Assembly (NCBI GenBank): GCA_038243585.1
Contig: JBBSQY010000016.1
Location: 1 to 64,000 of the forward strand
Source of the DNA: Candidatus Sumerlaeales bacterium
GTDB lineage: Bacteria; Sumerlaeota; Sumerlaeia; Sumerlaeales; Sumerlaeaceae
Direction: 5' to 3'
Length of the DNA: 64,000 nt
Below, piece by piece: positions 50,094 through 59,683 of this stretch; within the stretch, counting starts at the first letter, position 1, and each line of letters starts with the position of its first letter. A program made the position numbers and the translations under genes. The notes below the pieces were generated by a model. It was not told the DNA's origin. It saw nothing but the letters and a program-made list of their open reading frames with translations, and made no database searches.

Positions 50094-51812
50094 TCAGTAC
50101 TCCGTTTCCGGGACAAGATCTTCATCTCCCGCTCGGCGGCGCCAGACCTCAGCTTCCGCATTGTCCCATTGTTTTTCCAGGGCTGTCCTCTCCTGATCCA
50201 GTGCCTTCAACTCCAATTCTCTTGACTGAGCGACGGCTCCGAGTGCCTCTATCTCCCGTGCCGACTGGGCTGCTTCTCGACGTAGTCTCAGGATGCGATG
50301 CTCAATCTCAGCGGTTGCCCGGGCATGGCTTATTATAACTTCCTGTTGCTTCTCCCAGCGCATGGTTCCCATCAGCACTTCTCCGCCGCTCGTATAAACA
50401 TCTGCCAGGGTAATGCCGCTGTCGGTTAGTATCAGTTCGCGAACCTGGTTTGAATGGCCCGTGCCGCGCGACTTTACAATTGTTAGAGCACGATTTCGCT
50501 CCCCGGCCTGCACAACGTAAGACAAGTGAATCCAAACGTCTGCAATAGTGGAAATTTCCATTTTTGTTGATTCACGTAAAATGTCATCCCCACTGATGAG
50601 AGACGTGCAGAGTAGTGTAATGCCTCGGCGCTTCGCCAGGTAGATTATCCTCTGCGCAACGGCCAGCGCTGCTTTTCGCGGACCGGCATTCAGCAACGCC
50701 GAAATGTGGTCAATCACCAGCCTGTCAGGACGAAAACTTTCCAGTTCCGATTCCAGTACAAGCCTGTGTTCTTCCGCACTTCGAGTTTCCGAACGAGCAG
50801 AATGAAAGCGGAGGAGTCCTGATTCGACGTGGGGCATGAGGTCAATGGATACAGACGTAAGATTTCGAATGATTTCCGTGCCGCCTTCATCAAAAGATAC
50901 ATACATGCACCGTTCACCGTTTTGACACCCCGCATTAACGAAAGAACCGGCTAGGGTCGATTTGGCGGTACCCGGAGAACCGCTGATCAAGACACTGCTT
51001 CCTTTGATATACCCCCCTGTCAGCATGGTATCCATTTGCTCAATGCCCGTCGACACACGCTCAGTGTAGACAGGGTACTCCTGACGGAAATGAGGAGCAC
51101 AGGCGACATCCAGCCCATGAGGCCCTATGACAAACGGCAAGTCGCTTTCGTAAAAAGCAGAGCCGCGGTATTTGACAACACGCAAGCGCCGCTGCGAAAT
51201 ATGCTCCTGAAGATTGTGATCCATCGCGACGACAACGTCAGCCATATAGTGGAGAAACTCGTCGTACAACCGCATGGAGGTTAAGGTGGAATCCAACCGC
51301 ACCTTCGCGGTAATTATACCCATCAGTTGCTCGGAAGCCAGCCATTCATGGAGGCGGTACAATTCGCGGCGCCGGGCAGTATCATCCTTTAGAAATCCAA
51401 GCAACACATCAATGGAATCAAAAGCGATTCGCCGGGCTCCCATTTCACGAACCTTGGCAGACAGACCCTGAAGAATACCTGACAGGTCAAAATCTCCGGC
51501 TAAAACCTCATTGACCCCAATGTGAACATCCAGCAGAAACAGGCGATCCTGCTGCAATGCTGGCAAATTCCACCCAAACCCGGCAGCGTTCTCAACGATT
51601 TGATGTGCCTTTTCTTCAAAGGCTACGAAAATGCCTGGCTCGTTGAACTGGATCGCTCCGTTAACAAGAAGTTGCATTACGAATGTGGTTTTCCCGGTAC
51701 CCGGACCGCCAACTACAAGTGTTGTACGTCCCTGGGGCAAGCCTCCTTCCGTAGCCTCGTCAAATCCCACAATCCCGGTTGGATACTTTACTATGCCCTG
51801 AAGTTGCTCCAT
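50094..51812 (-). CDS. kaiC: KaiC circadian-clock-family double-domain ATPase/kinase
   Basis: CI GGPGTGKT/FEE/KYRGS; CII GSPGTAKS/FDE/KSRG; ISTIAD phosphosite motif; C-terminal coiled coil. Confidence 0.95.
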   Translation of the reverse strand: MEQLQGIVKYPTGIVGFDEATEGGLPQGRTTLVVGGPGTGKTTFVMQLLVNGAIQFNEPGIFVAFEEKAHQIVENAAGFGWNLPALQQDRLFLLDVHIGVNEVLAGDFDLSGILQGLSAKVREMGARRIAFDSIDVLLGFLKDDTARRRELYRLHEWLASEQLMGIITAKVRLDSTLTSMRLYDEFLHYMADVVVAMDHNLQEHISQRRLRVVKYRGSAFYESDLPFVIGPHGLDVACAPHFRQEYPVYTERVSTGIEQMDTMLTGGYIKGSSVLISGSPGTAKSTLAGSFVNAGCQNGERCMYVSFDEGGTEIIRNLTSVSIDLMPHVESGLLRFHSARSETRSAEEHRLVLESELESFRPDRLVIDHISALLNAGPRKAALAVAQRIIYLAKRRGITLLCTSLISGDDILRESTKMEISTIADVWIHLSYVVQAGERNRALTIVKSRGTGHSNQVRELILTDSGITLADVYTSGGEVLMGTMRWEKQQEVIISHARATAEIEHRILRLRREAAQSAREIEALGAVAQSRELELKALDQERTALEKQWDNAEAEVWRRRAGDEDLVPETEY

Positions 51813-52030
51813 TGGGTCCTCTTGCCAAAACGCCTGAATTCAGTTTTAAATTTAAATGTTTTACTCGCAAAATTGGTGTTAGGCATTTGTTTTGGAATGC
51901 CAAGTAAGGGTCAAGCACTAATGACGCCTGATGGAAAATCAAGTTTCTGTGGGCGCGGTTTAGAAGGGCTATACCTGCAACAAGTCTGGTAGGCTATCTT
52001 GAGAATATAGACAAGCTTTTAGCCAAAAAA

Positions 52031-52066
52031 CAAAAAGCCCATCGGACTCGCCGACGGGCTTTTGTG
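52031..52066 (-). terminator. Intrinsic terminator after tRNA-Ala
   Basis: AAAAGCCCATCGG-ACTCG-CCGACGGGCTTTT hairpin with a T-run on the minus strand. Confidence 0.8.
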
Positions 52067-52076
52067 TATTACTTTT

Positions 52077-52152
52077 TGGTGGAGACGAGGGGGATCGAAC
52101 CCCTGACCCTCAGACTGCCAGCCTGATGCTCTCCCAGCTGAGCTACGTCCCC
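52077..52152 (-). tRNA. tRNA-Ala(GGC)
   Basis: GGGGACGTAGCTCAGCTGGGAGAGCATCAGGCTGGCAGTCTGAGGGTCAGGGGTTCGATCCCCCTCGTCTCCACCA; G3:U70 pair, GGC anticodon, encoded CCA. Confidence 0.97.
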
Positions 52153-52212
52153 AATTTTGTTGGGCAACGCCTATTTACGCGCGGCGGTGGCGTGTATTCA
52201 ACGGGAAAAATT

Positions 52213-53169
52213 TTACTCCGCAAGGTCGTTGGTCGCGAGAGATGCCGGCGCCGACGTTGCCTTGGCCCGCCCGCTTGTTTCTCCAATATTTTCCGCCGCC
52301 TCCCGCGCCTGCTTTAGCGACGTCAGGGGACGGGGCAGTTCTGGAGCCATGTAAAACTCCACGCCGTCCAGGATGTTGCCGTGGTCCGCTCCGGGTACTT
52401 CAATATAATCCACCAGGTTCGGGCTTGCCCGCTTCAGTTCTCGCGCCATCTCGACCGGCACAATATTATCGTCGTCGCCATGGGTGATGATTACCTGCGG
52501 CGGCGGCAGTTGCCTGGCAACGGTATCCAGGGCGATGCGGTTATCCCACTTGTGGCGGATCAGCCAGCCCATCAGCGGCGTCACCACGCGATCCGCCATG
52601 GCCTGCGCCGAACTAAACGGTGCTACCAGAACTATCCGATCCACCTCGTGGCGCGTCGCAAAAGCCATGGCCACGCCCGAGCCAAGGCTGTGGCCCATCA
52701 AACGCAGCTTCTGCGCCTTCAGGGTTTCCGGCGTAACATTCAGATAAGCCCCCAGGGCGAGCAGCATAGCGTCGCCGGATTCCGCTATGCTTTCGGGAGA
52801 CGGCTTTCCTTCGCACTGGCCGTAGCCGGGGTAGTCGAACAGGACAAATCCCGCATCCGAATCGGGGGATGCCTCGATGACATGACTCCAATGAAGCGCC
52901 AGCGATCCGTTGCCCCCGAACATGATCCAAAGCCGCGCCGGCAGCGCGTGGGGATCGGTCGCGGATCGCGGCGGCACATACCAGGAGGTTTGGCTGCCAC
53001 AGGAAATTTTGTATTCGATTTTGACGGCCCGCCGCGGAGCATTGGACAAGACGTCGTCCCGGTAGGGGCGCGGCTTATACATCATGCTTTCCTGGCGAAG
53101 ATAAAAATACGCCACCAGACCCGTTGCCACAAGCACAGCCATGCGAACTAATTTAAATAAAATTTTCAT
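52213..53169 (-). CDS. Membrane-anchored alpha/beta hydrolase (ABHD13/Bem46-like)
   Basis: N-terminal TM, FGGNG, DYPGYG, GHSLG, HGDDD, GADH. Confidence 0.88.
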   Translation of the reverse strand: MKILFKLVRMAVLVATGLVAYFYLRQESMMYKPRPYRDDVLSNAPRRAVKIEYKISCGSQTSWYVPPRSATDPHALPARLWIMFGGNGSLALHWSHVIEASPDSDAGFVLFDYPGYGQCEGKPSPESIAESGDAMLLALGAYLNVTPETLKAQKLRLMGHSLGSGVAMAFATRHEVDRIVLVAPFSSAQAMADRVVTPLMGWLIRHKWDNRIALDTVARQLPPPQVIITHGDDDNIVPVEMARELKRASPNLVDYIEVPGADHGNILDGVEFYMAPELPRPLTSLKQAREAAENIGETSGRAKATSAPASLATNDLAE

Positions 53170-53276
53170 AAATCGTCCAACCATATCTCCGTTAATGCCA
53201 TTCGCAGGTTGATGCGCAAGTAACAAAAGATTTGTGTGGAAGACGACGGCAGAGTGGGCATAGTCACTGGAATTTC

Positions 53277-54905
53277 ATGGATGATCTTCAATTAATAGAG
53301 GCGGTTGAGGCGGTGCGAGAGCATCTGCGCACCGACGTGCCCGACCTGCACGGCCACTTGGCTCGCCTGACCATGGCGGACTACAGGCTGGCGACGCCGG
53401 GCGAACTGCAGGAATGCCTGGCGCGGGTCGCGCTGGGGTTGGAAGAACGCAAGCCGGGGGATGCGTTAAATATCCTGAGAAAAATCGCGCGGGCGGAAGC
53501 ATCGGCCCCGGCGGGTGGCGCATCGGGTATCGAGCGGGCACCGTCGTGGGTCATACAGGAAAATGTGGCTCTGGATCTGCCAGACGAGGATCAGGAGATA
53601 CTGTTCAGCCAGGCAATACGGTATCTCTCGCTGCCGCCGGTCGACGAAGATGATTTAATTGAAGACAACGATGAGACTTCCGATGGGCATGGCGGTTCTG
53701 TTGCTGAAAAAATTTCTGAATCGCGGAGGGGCAAAGCTGAGCCTGCGCCGCCAATTCCGTCGCGGCTGGGTCGCGAGCTGGCCCGGTGCATAAGCATCCG
53801 CCAGGCGGTCGCGTGCATCCGACGGCGGCTGCCTAATCTCAAGGGGCTGACCGTCTACCGTTTTCTCGCAGCCATTGGATATCCGGTGGCGGTGCCCAGC
53901 GTGGACGCCATGCGGTTTTGCCGCTATATCGGCCTGCTGGATGAGGGCGAAAAAGCCGCCGCTGCGGAGAAGTATCTGGCCCTGTGCGAGCGGGCCTCGC
54001 GCGTGACCGGTGTTCCGGTGGCGCAGGTGGGGCATTTGCTCGCGATTTATTCCGGAGGGCATAAGCTGGACGGACATACGCCGGTATGTGGAAAGCGCCC
54101 GCGCTGCCAGGTGTGTTCGCTGGCGGGGCGATGCTCGCATTATCCGACGGTCGCCGCCGCCGCGGCTGAGGCGACCGCATTGTCAGGGACGGGAAAGGCC
54201 TCGCCTGACCGGGGACTCAAGATTAAAGACTGGGCGATGGATGAGCGCCCGCGAGAACGGCTGCTGGCGGGGGAGCGGCTTTCAAATTCGGAGCTGCTGG
54301 CCATCATCCTGCGCACTGGCAGCGGACGGCTGAGCGCCGTCGACCTGGGCCGCGAGCTGATGAAGGAGTTTCAGACGCTCCATGATCTGGAAAAGGCGAG
54401 CCCCCAGGATATCGTCGGGCGAATGCGCGGCAAGGGCATCGGCGAAGCGAAGGCGGCGGAGATATGTGCGGCCCTGGAACTGGGTCGGCGCGTGGCGCAG
54501 CCTGCTGCCGATACGCGCCTTGGCCTGCGCCAGGTGGGCAGCAGCCGCGAAGTGTTTGAGCTGTGCCGCCCGCGCTACAAGGCGGCCACGCAGGAAGAGT
54601 TTCTGCTACTGATTTTGAACACGAAAAACCGTGTCCAGAAGGAAGTGTCGGTGTCTATAGGCACGCTTAACAGCAGCATCGTCCATCCGCGCGACGTGTT
54701 CCGCCATGCCCTGCGCGAAGCCGCCGCCGCCGTGATTTTCGTGCACAACCATCCCAGTGGCGATCCTGCTCCCAGCGATGAAGATATCCTGCTGACGGCG
54801 CGGCTGGTCGACGTAGGCAAGCTCCTGGGTATCCAGGTGCTGGATCACGTAATCATCGGAAGCCACGAGTTCTACAGCTTTGCAGACCACAGGCGGTTGA
54901 AGTAG
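53277..54905 (+). CDS. radC: RadC (JAB/MPN) protein fused to an N-terminal DNA-glycosylase-like domain with a four-Cys motif
   Basis: C-terminal ERPRERLL, ELLAIILRTG, GIGEAKA, GTLNSSIVHPRDVF, HNHPSGD..PS..D, LDHVII; N-terminal CGKRPRCQVCSLAGRC. Confidence 0.9.
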   Translation: MDDLQLIEAVEAVREHLRTDVPDLHGHLARLTMADYRLATPGELQECLARVALGLEERKPGDALNILRKIARAEASAPAGGASGIERAPSWVIQENVALDLPDEDQEILFSQAIRYLSLPPVDEDDLIEDNDETSDGHGGSVAEKISESRRGKAEPAPPIPSRLGRELARCISIRQAVACIRRRLPNLKGLTVYRFLAAIGYPVAVPSVDAMRFCRYIGLLDEGEKAAAAEKYLALCERASRVTGVPVAQVGHLLAIYSGGHKLDGHTPVCGKRPRCQVCSLAGRCSHYPTVAAAAAEATALSGTGKASPDRGLKIKDWAMDERPRERLLAGERLSNSELLAIILRTGSGRLSAVDLGRELMKEFQTLHDLEKASPQDIVGRMRGKGIGEAKAAEICAALELGRRVAQPAADTRLGLRQVGSSREVFELCRPRYKAATQEEFLLLILNTKNRVQKEVSVSIGTLNSSIVHPRDVFRHALREAAAAVIFVHNHPSGDPAPSDEDILLTARLVDVGKLLGIQVLDHVIIGSHEFYSFADHRRLK

Positions 54906-55022
54906 GGGGAGACTAGTTAAATTCCTTGCCGCAATGTCGAAGTATTTAAAACGCGGCAGCGCACTTTCAGGATCAAACAAATCGTTCGTATGACAACTTA
55001 CTCCCCAGCCTACATTTCTTAT

Positions 55023-55739
55023 GGGCCGAAGGCTCTCTGGCATACCAGCCTGGGTCGAAGGCCCAGGTAAATAAGCACTATAAGTCAGGGCTGAAAGCCC
55101 GATGCATCCCCCACGCCCGATACCGTTTCGCCCACTATTTCACTTGCCCCGCATTATACGAAACCCAATGGAAAGCTAATATTTTAAGGAGGGACTAATG
55201 GCGCAATCATTGTCGTTTATGCTCGTTCACATTATTTTCAGCACCAAGGACCGTCGGCCACTTATCATCGATTCTGTGCGTCCAAAACTTCATGCGTATC
55301 TCGCAGGAGTGGTTCGTGCTGCCGGTTCCGAATGTTACCGCGTTGGTGGGGTCGACGATCATGTGCATCTTGCCGTTCGATTAAAAAGTACCACAACAGT
55401 GGCAGGCATTATTGAAGAAATAAAAACCACATCATCGAAGTGGATCAAGCCTCTAGCACCAGGCCTACAGTCTTTTGCATGGCAAAGCGGTTACGGCGCA
55501 TTTTCCGTAAGCCCTCGATACCTGAAAGAATTGGTTACCTATATTGGCTCACAAGAAGAGCATCACCGGCAGGTGACATTTCAGGATGAATTTCGTAAGT
55601 TCCTCATAGATTATGAAATAAATTTTGACGAACAATACGTATGGGGGTGACCAGTGCATCGGGCTTTCAGCCCTTCAATTTATTAGATCCTTTACCTGGG
55701 CCTCCGGCCCAGGCTGGTATGCAGGCGGACCTTCGGCCC
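55023..55739 (+). mobile_element. IS200-like/Y1 transposase element with long multi-hairpin inverted ends
   Basis: 55023-55106 and 55655-55739 are reverse complements, each containing GGGCTGAAAGCCC and CCTGGG...CCCAGG hairpins. Confidence 0.8.
55198..55650 (+). CDS. tnpA: IS200/IS605-family Y1 (HUH) transposase
   Basis: HIIFSTK, DHVHL (HUH), WQSGYGAFSVS, YI..QEEHH. Confidence 0.92.
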   Translation: MAQSLSFMLVHIIFSTKDRRPLIIDSVRPKLHAYLAGVVRAAGSECYRVGGVDDHVHLAVRLKSTTTVAGIIEEIKTTSSKWIKPLAPGLQSFAWQSGYGAFSVSPRYLKELVTYIGSQEEHHRQVTFQDEFRKFLIDYEINFDEQYVWG

Positions 55740-55811
55740 TTAAACGACTAGTTCTATTTAAAATATCAGGAATCGTTGGCCGCCCTTATAAGAGATGGGA
55801 TGCCAATATTT

Positions 55812-57035
55812 TTACACCTTGATAAAAATCCGTTTGCGATAAAGCAGCATGCCGACCAACAGTGTGAAAAACGCGATGTAAAAGATCCCGTAGCCGAGCG
55901 ACGCAGCATTTGGTCCGGCGAGGGGCAGCAGCCAGGATTCTACCAGGTTCTTGTAGAGCCATGTCTTGATCGCAATCTCGCCGCCCGCGCCATCTCCTAC
56001 CGTCAGATAAATACTCAGGATTGTGAAAATGCCGACCGTAAAATAGGTAAAGATGGCATTGGTTCCCAGGATCAGGAACGGCTTGCTCCACCAGGTAATC
56101 TGACGGATATCCAGCAGCCAATAGCTGGCGCCCAGCCCCAGCAGCGACCATCCGCCCGCAAACAGCACGAACGACGGCGACCAGAGATTCTTGTTCAGCG
56201 GAAACAGGTAGCTCCAAATCAGGCCCACTACCACCAGGGCAAAACCCCACACCATGAGGGACGACACTTTCTGGTGATCGCCAGTCTCTTTGTTTCGAAG
56301 CGTGTAGCCGGTGATGGTGCCCAGAAGTGCTGTCGCGATGGCCGGGATGGTGCTTAGAAGACCTTCGGGATCGTGCCAGAGTTTCACATCCTTGAAAAAT
56401 TTATAAGCATGATTCCCAAAGATTCTATCATCCAGCCACGTCGCCATGTTTGCCCCTTCCGGACGCAAATCTCCCGGCCCAAAGCCGGGCACCGGAACAT
56501 ATTTCATGACGATGTGATAGCCCACAAGCAGTATGGCCACTACTACGGCCTGGCCTCGCGCTCGCAGCCCGCTCATCAGCACCAGCGATGCGAAAAAATA
56601 ACAAAGGGCGATGCGCTGAAGCACGCCGGGAAACCGGAAGGCCCGGGGACTATCCGGCTTATGAAGCAGCAGATAGCTAAATCCCGCCAGCGCCATGCCC
56701 AGGCCGATGAGAATCAGGGTTCGGCGTATGACCTGCATGAACAGTTTCCCGTTGCCGCCCTCGGTCAGCCGCCGCCCGAAACTGAAGGTCATCGCGACGC
56801 CCATTATGAAAACGAAGCCCGGAAATATGAGGTCGGTAAAAGTGCAGCCGTGCCACTCCGCGTGTTCGAAAGCGGGGAATTTATACTTCCAGTCGCCAGG
56901 ATTGTTGGCGATGAGCATCGCGGCCAGCGTGAGCCCGCGAAAAACGTCCAGCGAAAGCAGCCGACCACTTCCGGCTGCTGGGGGTGTCGAATCCACAGCA
57001 GGCACGACTGGCGCTGTTTGTTGAATTTCACTCAT
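55812..57035 (-). CDS. HGSNAT/NagX-like membrane acyltransferase (DUF5009/DUF1624 type)
   Basis: RLLSLDVFRG, HAEWHG, DLIFP.F, GVLQRIA, DPEGLLS, NKNLWSPS. Confidence 0.9.
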   Translation of the reverse strand: MSEIQQTAPVVPAVDSTPPAAGSGRLLSLDVFRGLTLAAMLIANNPGDWKYKFPAFEHAEWHGCTFTDLIFPGFVFIMGVAMTFSFGRRLTEGGNGKLFMQVIRRTLILIGLGMALAGFSYLLLHKPDSPRAFRFPGVLQRIALCYFFASLVLMSGLRARGQAVVVAILLVGYHIVMKYVPVPGFGPGDLRPEGANMATWLDDRIFGNHAYKFFKDVKLWHDPEGLLSTIPAIATALLGTITGYTLRNKETGDHQKVSSLMVWGFALVVVGLIWSYLFPLNKNLWSPSFVLFAGGWSLLGLGASYWLLDIRQITWWSKPFLILGTNAIFTYFTVGIFTILSIYLTVGDGAGGEIAIKTWLYKNLVESWLLPLAGPNAASLGYGIFYIAFFTLLVGMLLYRKRIFIKV

Positions 57036-57155
57036 TGGAAGGTTCCTTTGTCCCGCATCTTATTTGTGGAGCTAGTTTGTCACTTTATCAAACAACTAAA
57101 TGGCTATGGGTTTGTCAGAAGAAAACAACTCATTTTCAAAGGGACTGTCAATACC

Positions 57156-57740
57156 ATGAAAAATCTTCGCCTTGCCGCCGCTTTTGCACCGCTCTGTCTC
57201 ACTCGTTCTCTGCTTTCGGCTGCACCGGAAACTTTTAAAATCGATCCGGTACACTCTTCTGCCATTTTTAAGATTGGACACAATAACGTTGGCAATATCT
57301 ACGGGGATTTTAGCGGCATAAGTGGCTCCCTTACGCAGGATATGGAAGCGCCAGAGAACGGCAAAATTGATGTGACGATTGATGTAAACACCCTCGACAC
57401 TAATAACGAAAAGCGGGACGAACACGTAAAAGGTCCGGATTATCTTAGCGCCAAGCAATTCCCCACCATGAACTTCAGCAGCGACAGCGTCAAGAAGCTG
57501 AGCGACAAAGAATTTGAAGCAATTGGGAAATTTACCATGCACGGCGTGACGAAACCGCTGACGGTGAAGTTTACGAAAATTGGGGAGATTGAAGATCCCA
57601 AGGGCGGAACCCGCATAGGCGGCGAATCAACCTTTACGGTTAAGCGCAGTGATTACGACGTGGCGGCAAGCAATGCAGGCCTTAGCGATGAAGTCACCAT
57701 CACCATTGCCGTAGAGGCTCTCCATAAGGATGAGCAGTAA
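57156..57740 (+). CDS. YceI family protein
   Basis: Signal peptide, IDPVHS, RDEH, FP...F.S, HGVTKP, RSDY. Confidence 0.92.
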   Translation: MKNLRLAAAFAPLCLTRSLLSAAPETFKIDPVHSSAIFKIGHNNVGNIYGDFSGISGSLTQDMEAPENGKIDVTIDVNTLDTNNEKRDEHVKGPDYLSAKQFPTMNFSSDSVKKLSDKEFEAIGKFTMHGVTKPLTVKFTKIGEIEDPKGGTRIGGESTFTVKRSDYDVAASNAGLSDEVTITIAVEALHKDEQ

Positions 57741-57756
57741 CCTGGAGCAAGTTTAA

Positions 57757-57799
57757 ACTGCGTGTGCGCGGAGAACGTGCGCACACGCAGTATTTTTTT
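57757..57799 (+). terminator. Intrinsic terminator
   Basis: ACTGCGTGTGCGC...GCGCACACGCAGT followed by ATTTTTTT. Confidence 0.8.
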
Positions 57800-57834
57800 G
57801 GCATGAGCTGTTCGGCCTGAATGTAGCATCTCCC

Positions 57835-59142
57835 ATGAGCGCTGACAAACCGACCAAAACCGCCAAAGCCACGACTATAAAAGCCATTAAGGGCATGGAA
57901 GATATCATGCCTGCTGACGCGCTTGCGTTTCAACACGTTGAGCGTGTCGCCCGTGATGTATTTGCGTGCTTTGGATACGATGAAATTCGAACTCCGATCC
58001 TGGAGTTGACCGATCTGTTCGCTCGCAGCGCCGGCGAGGCCAGCGATATCATGGTATCGAAGCAGATGTATACTTTCACAGACTCTGGCGATCGCAGCAA
58101 CACCATGCGCCCGGAAGGCACCGCCGGCGTCGTCCGCGCCATGATTGAGCACGGTGCCTATAAGCAGTTGCCCATTCATAAGCTCTTTTATATGGGACCG
58201 ATGTTTCGCTATGAACAACCACAGAAGGGACGTCAGCGCCAATTTCATCAGGTTGGCGTAGAGTTCTTTGGAGTGGCTAACCCCGCCGCCGATGTTGAGA
58301 TTATCAGCCTGTGCGATCAGCTATTAAAGCGGCTTGGGTTTAAAAACATCATTACCAAAGTGAACACCATCGGCTGCCCTACCTGCCGCCAGGCTTATAA
58401 TGAGAAACTGCGCGCCGCCATATTGGACTCGCCAGACGGCTGGTGTGAGCAGTGCCTTGAGCGGGCGCGGGTTAATCCCATGCGGGTTTTTGATTGCAAA
58501 GTGGAAGAATGTGGGAAGCTTGTGCGGGAACTGCCCAGGGTGAACGAATCTGTTTGCGGCGAATGCAGTGCTCACTTTGAGGAAGTAATTCGCCTGCTGG
58601 ACGCCGCAGGCATTGCCCATGAGCCGGACAACAACCTGGTACGCGGTTTTGACTATTACACGCGGACGGTTTTCGAAGTAATGCAGGGTAACATTGGTGC
58701 GCAAAGCGCCATCCTGGGTGGCGGACGCTATGACGGGTTAGTGCAGGAATTGGGTGGCCCGGCCACCCCCGCAGTGGGCATGGGCATTGGCATGGAGCGT
58801 CTTATACTGGCCATGAAAGCCAACGACATCGCCGTTCCAGATGCGCCGCGACCGGATTTTTACGCCCTGGCGATGGACGCGGAATCGCTGCCCGCTGTGT
58901 CGGACTATGTCCATCGGTTGCGGAGCGCCGGGCTGAAGGTCGCCTTTGATTGTCAGTCCCGGAACATGGGGGCCGGCCTGAAAGCCGCCACGCGACTTGG
59001 TGCCAGGGAGGCACTTATCGTCGGCGGCAATGAGCGCGAACGCGGCGTTTTATTGCGGAAGAATCTTGAGACGGGTCAACAGGCGGAAGCCCGGCTGGTA
59101 GACATTATGGATTGCAGAGACGACATGGTCACTACAGAATAG
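57835..59142 (+). CDS. hisS: Histidine--tRNA ligase
   Basis: RPEGTAG, FRYEQPQKGRQRQFHQ, LVRGFDYY, GGGRYDGL. Confidence 0.97.
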   Translation: MSADKPTKTAKATTIKAIKGMEDIMPADALAFQHVERVARDVFACFGYDEIRTPILELTDLFARSAGEASDIMVSKQMYTFTDSGDRSNTMRPEGTAGVVRAMIEHGAYKQLPIHKLFYMGPMFRYEQPQKGRQRQFHQVGVEFFGVANPAADVEIISLCDQLLKRLGFKNIITKVNTIGCPTCRQAYNEKLRAAILDSPDGWCEQCLERARVNPMRVFDCKVEECGKLVRELPRVNESVCGECSAHFEEVIRLLDAAGIAHEPDNNLVRGFDYYTRTVFEVMQGNIGAQSAILGGGRYDGLVQELGGPATPAVGMGIGMERLILAMKANDIAVPDAPRPDFYALAMDAESLPAVSDYVHRLRSAGLKVAFDCQSRNMGAGLKAATRLGAREALIVGGNERERGVLLRKNLETGQQAEARLVDIMDCRDDMVTTE

Positions 59143-59288
59143 TTGGATTACTTACGCTGCCCAAGCAGTTACTTTCCTGATCCATAATGTCTGTTAGTCC
59201 AAACTCCCCCTGATGAACACGACACCCCGCCGGTCGGTATCCACCCCATGAAACCCCGAACACTCTAATCATTAATAAGGCTAGCCAA

Positions 59289-59612
59289 ATGTTTTCAACC
59301 AATCAGCGCATTAAGCGGCTCCAGTCGCTCATCGAAAAAGACGGCTTTAACCAGGGCGCCCATTATATGCTTGGCGAAGAATATATGCGCGAAAACAGCC
59401 CCATGAAAGCCGCAGCAAAATTTCGTAGAGTCGTGGAACTCAACCCCGACCATTCACGGGCTTGGAGAATGATGGCACGTGCCTATGACGCGGCGGGAGT
59501 TCCCAAAGAGGCGCTGGCTGCCTATCAAACAGCCGCTCGCCAATTTGAACATGAGGGCCTGCCCGCGGACGCCAAAGACATGCGCGCCGCCGCCGATCGG
59601 ACCATTGTTTAA
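59289..59612 (+). CDS. Small TPR-repeat protein
   Basis: AHYMLGEEY..A...FRRVVELNPDH..AW..MARAY TPR pattern. Confidence 0.8.
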   Translation: MFSTNQRIKRLQSLIEKDGFNQGAHYMLGEEYMRENSPMKAAAKFRRVVELNPDHSRAWRMMARAYDAAGVPKEALAAYQTAARQFEHEGLPADAKDMRAAADRTIV

Positions 59613-59683
59613 CAAAGCATTTAAGCTGACAAATTAAAGCGGACGAGACATTGATCAGCAGGTAAAAATAATATTAAAGTTTT

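Noticed and set aside
54911..55753. GACTAGTT direct repeat (54911 and 55746) as a target-site duplication
   Set aside because: Placed asymmetrically relative to the inverted ends, and Y1 transposases do not make target duplications; probably chance.
56373..57155. 455-aa ORF as a YceI fusion
   Set aside because: The upstream part is antisense to the acyltransferase gene; the signal peptide starts at ATG 57156.
59143..59288. Possible ncRNA between hisS and the TPR gene
   Set aside because: No recognisable family features or convincing stem.
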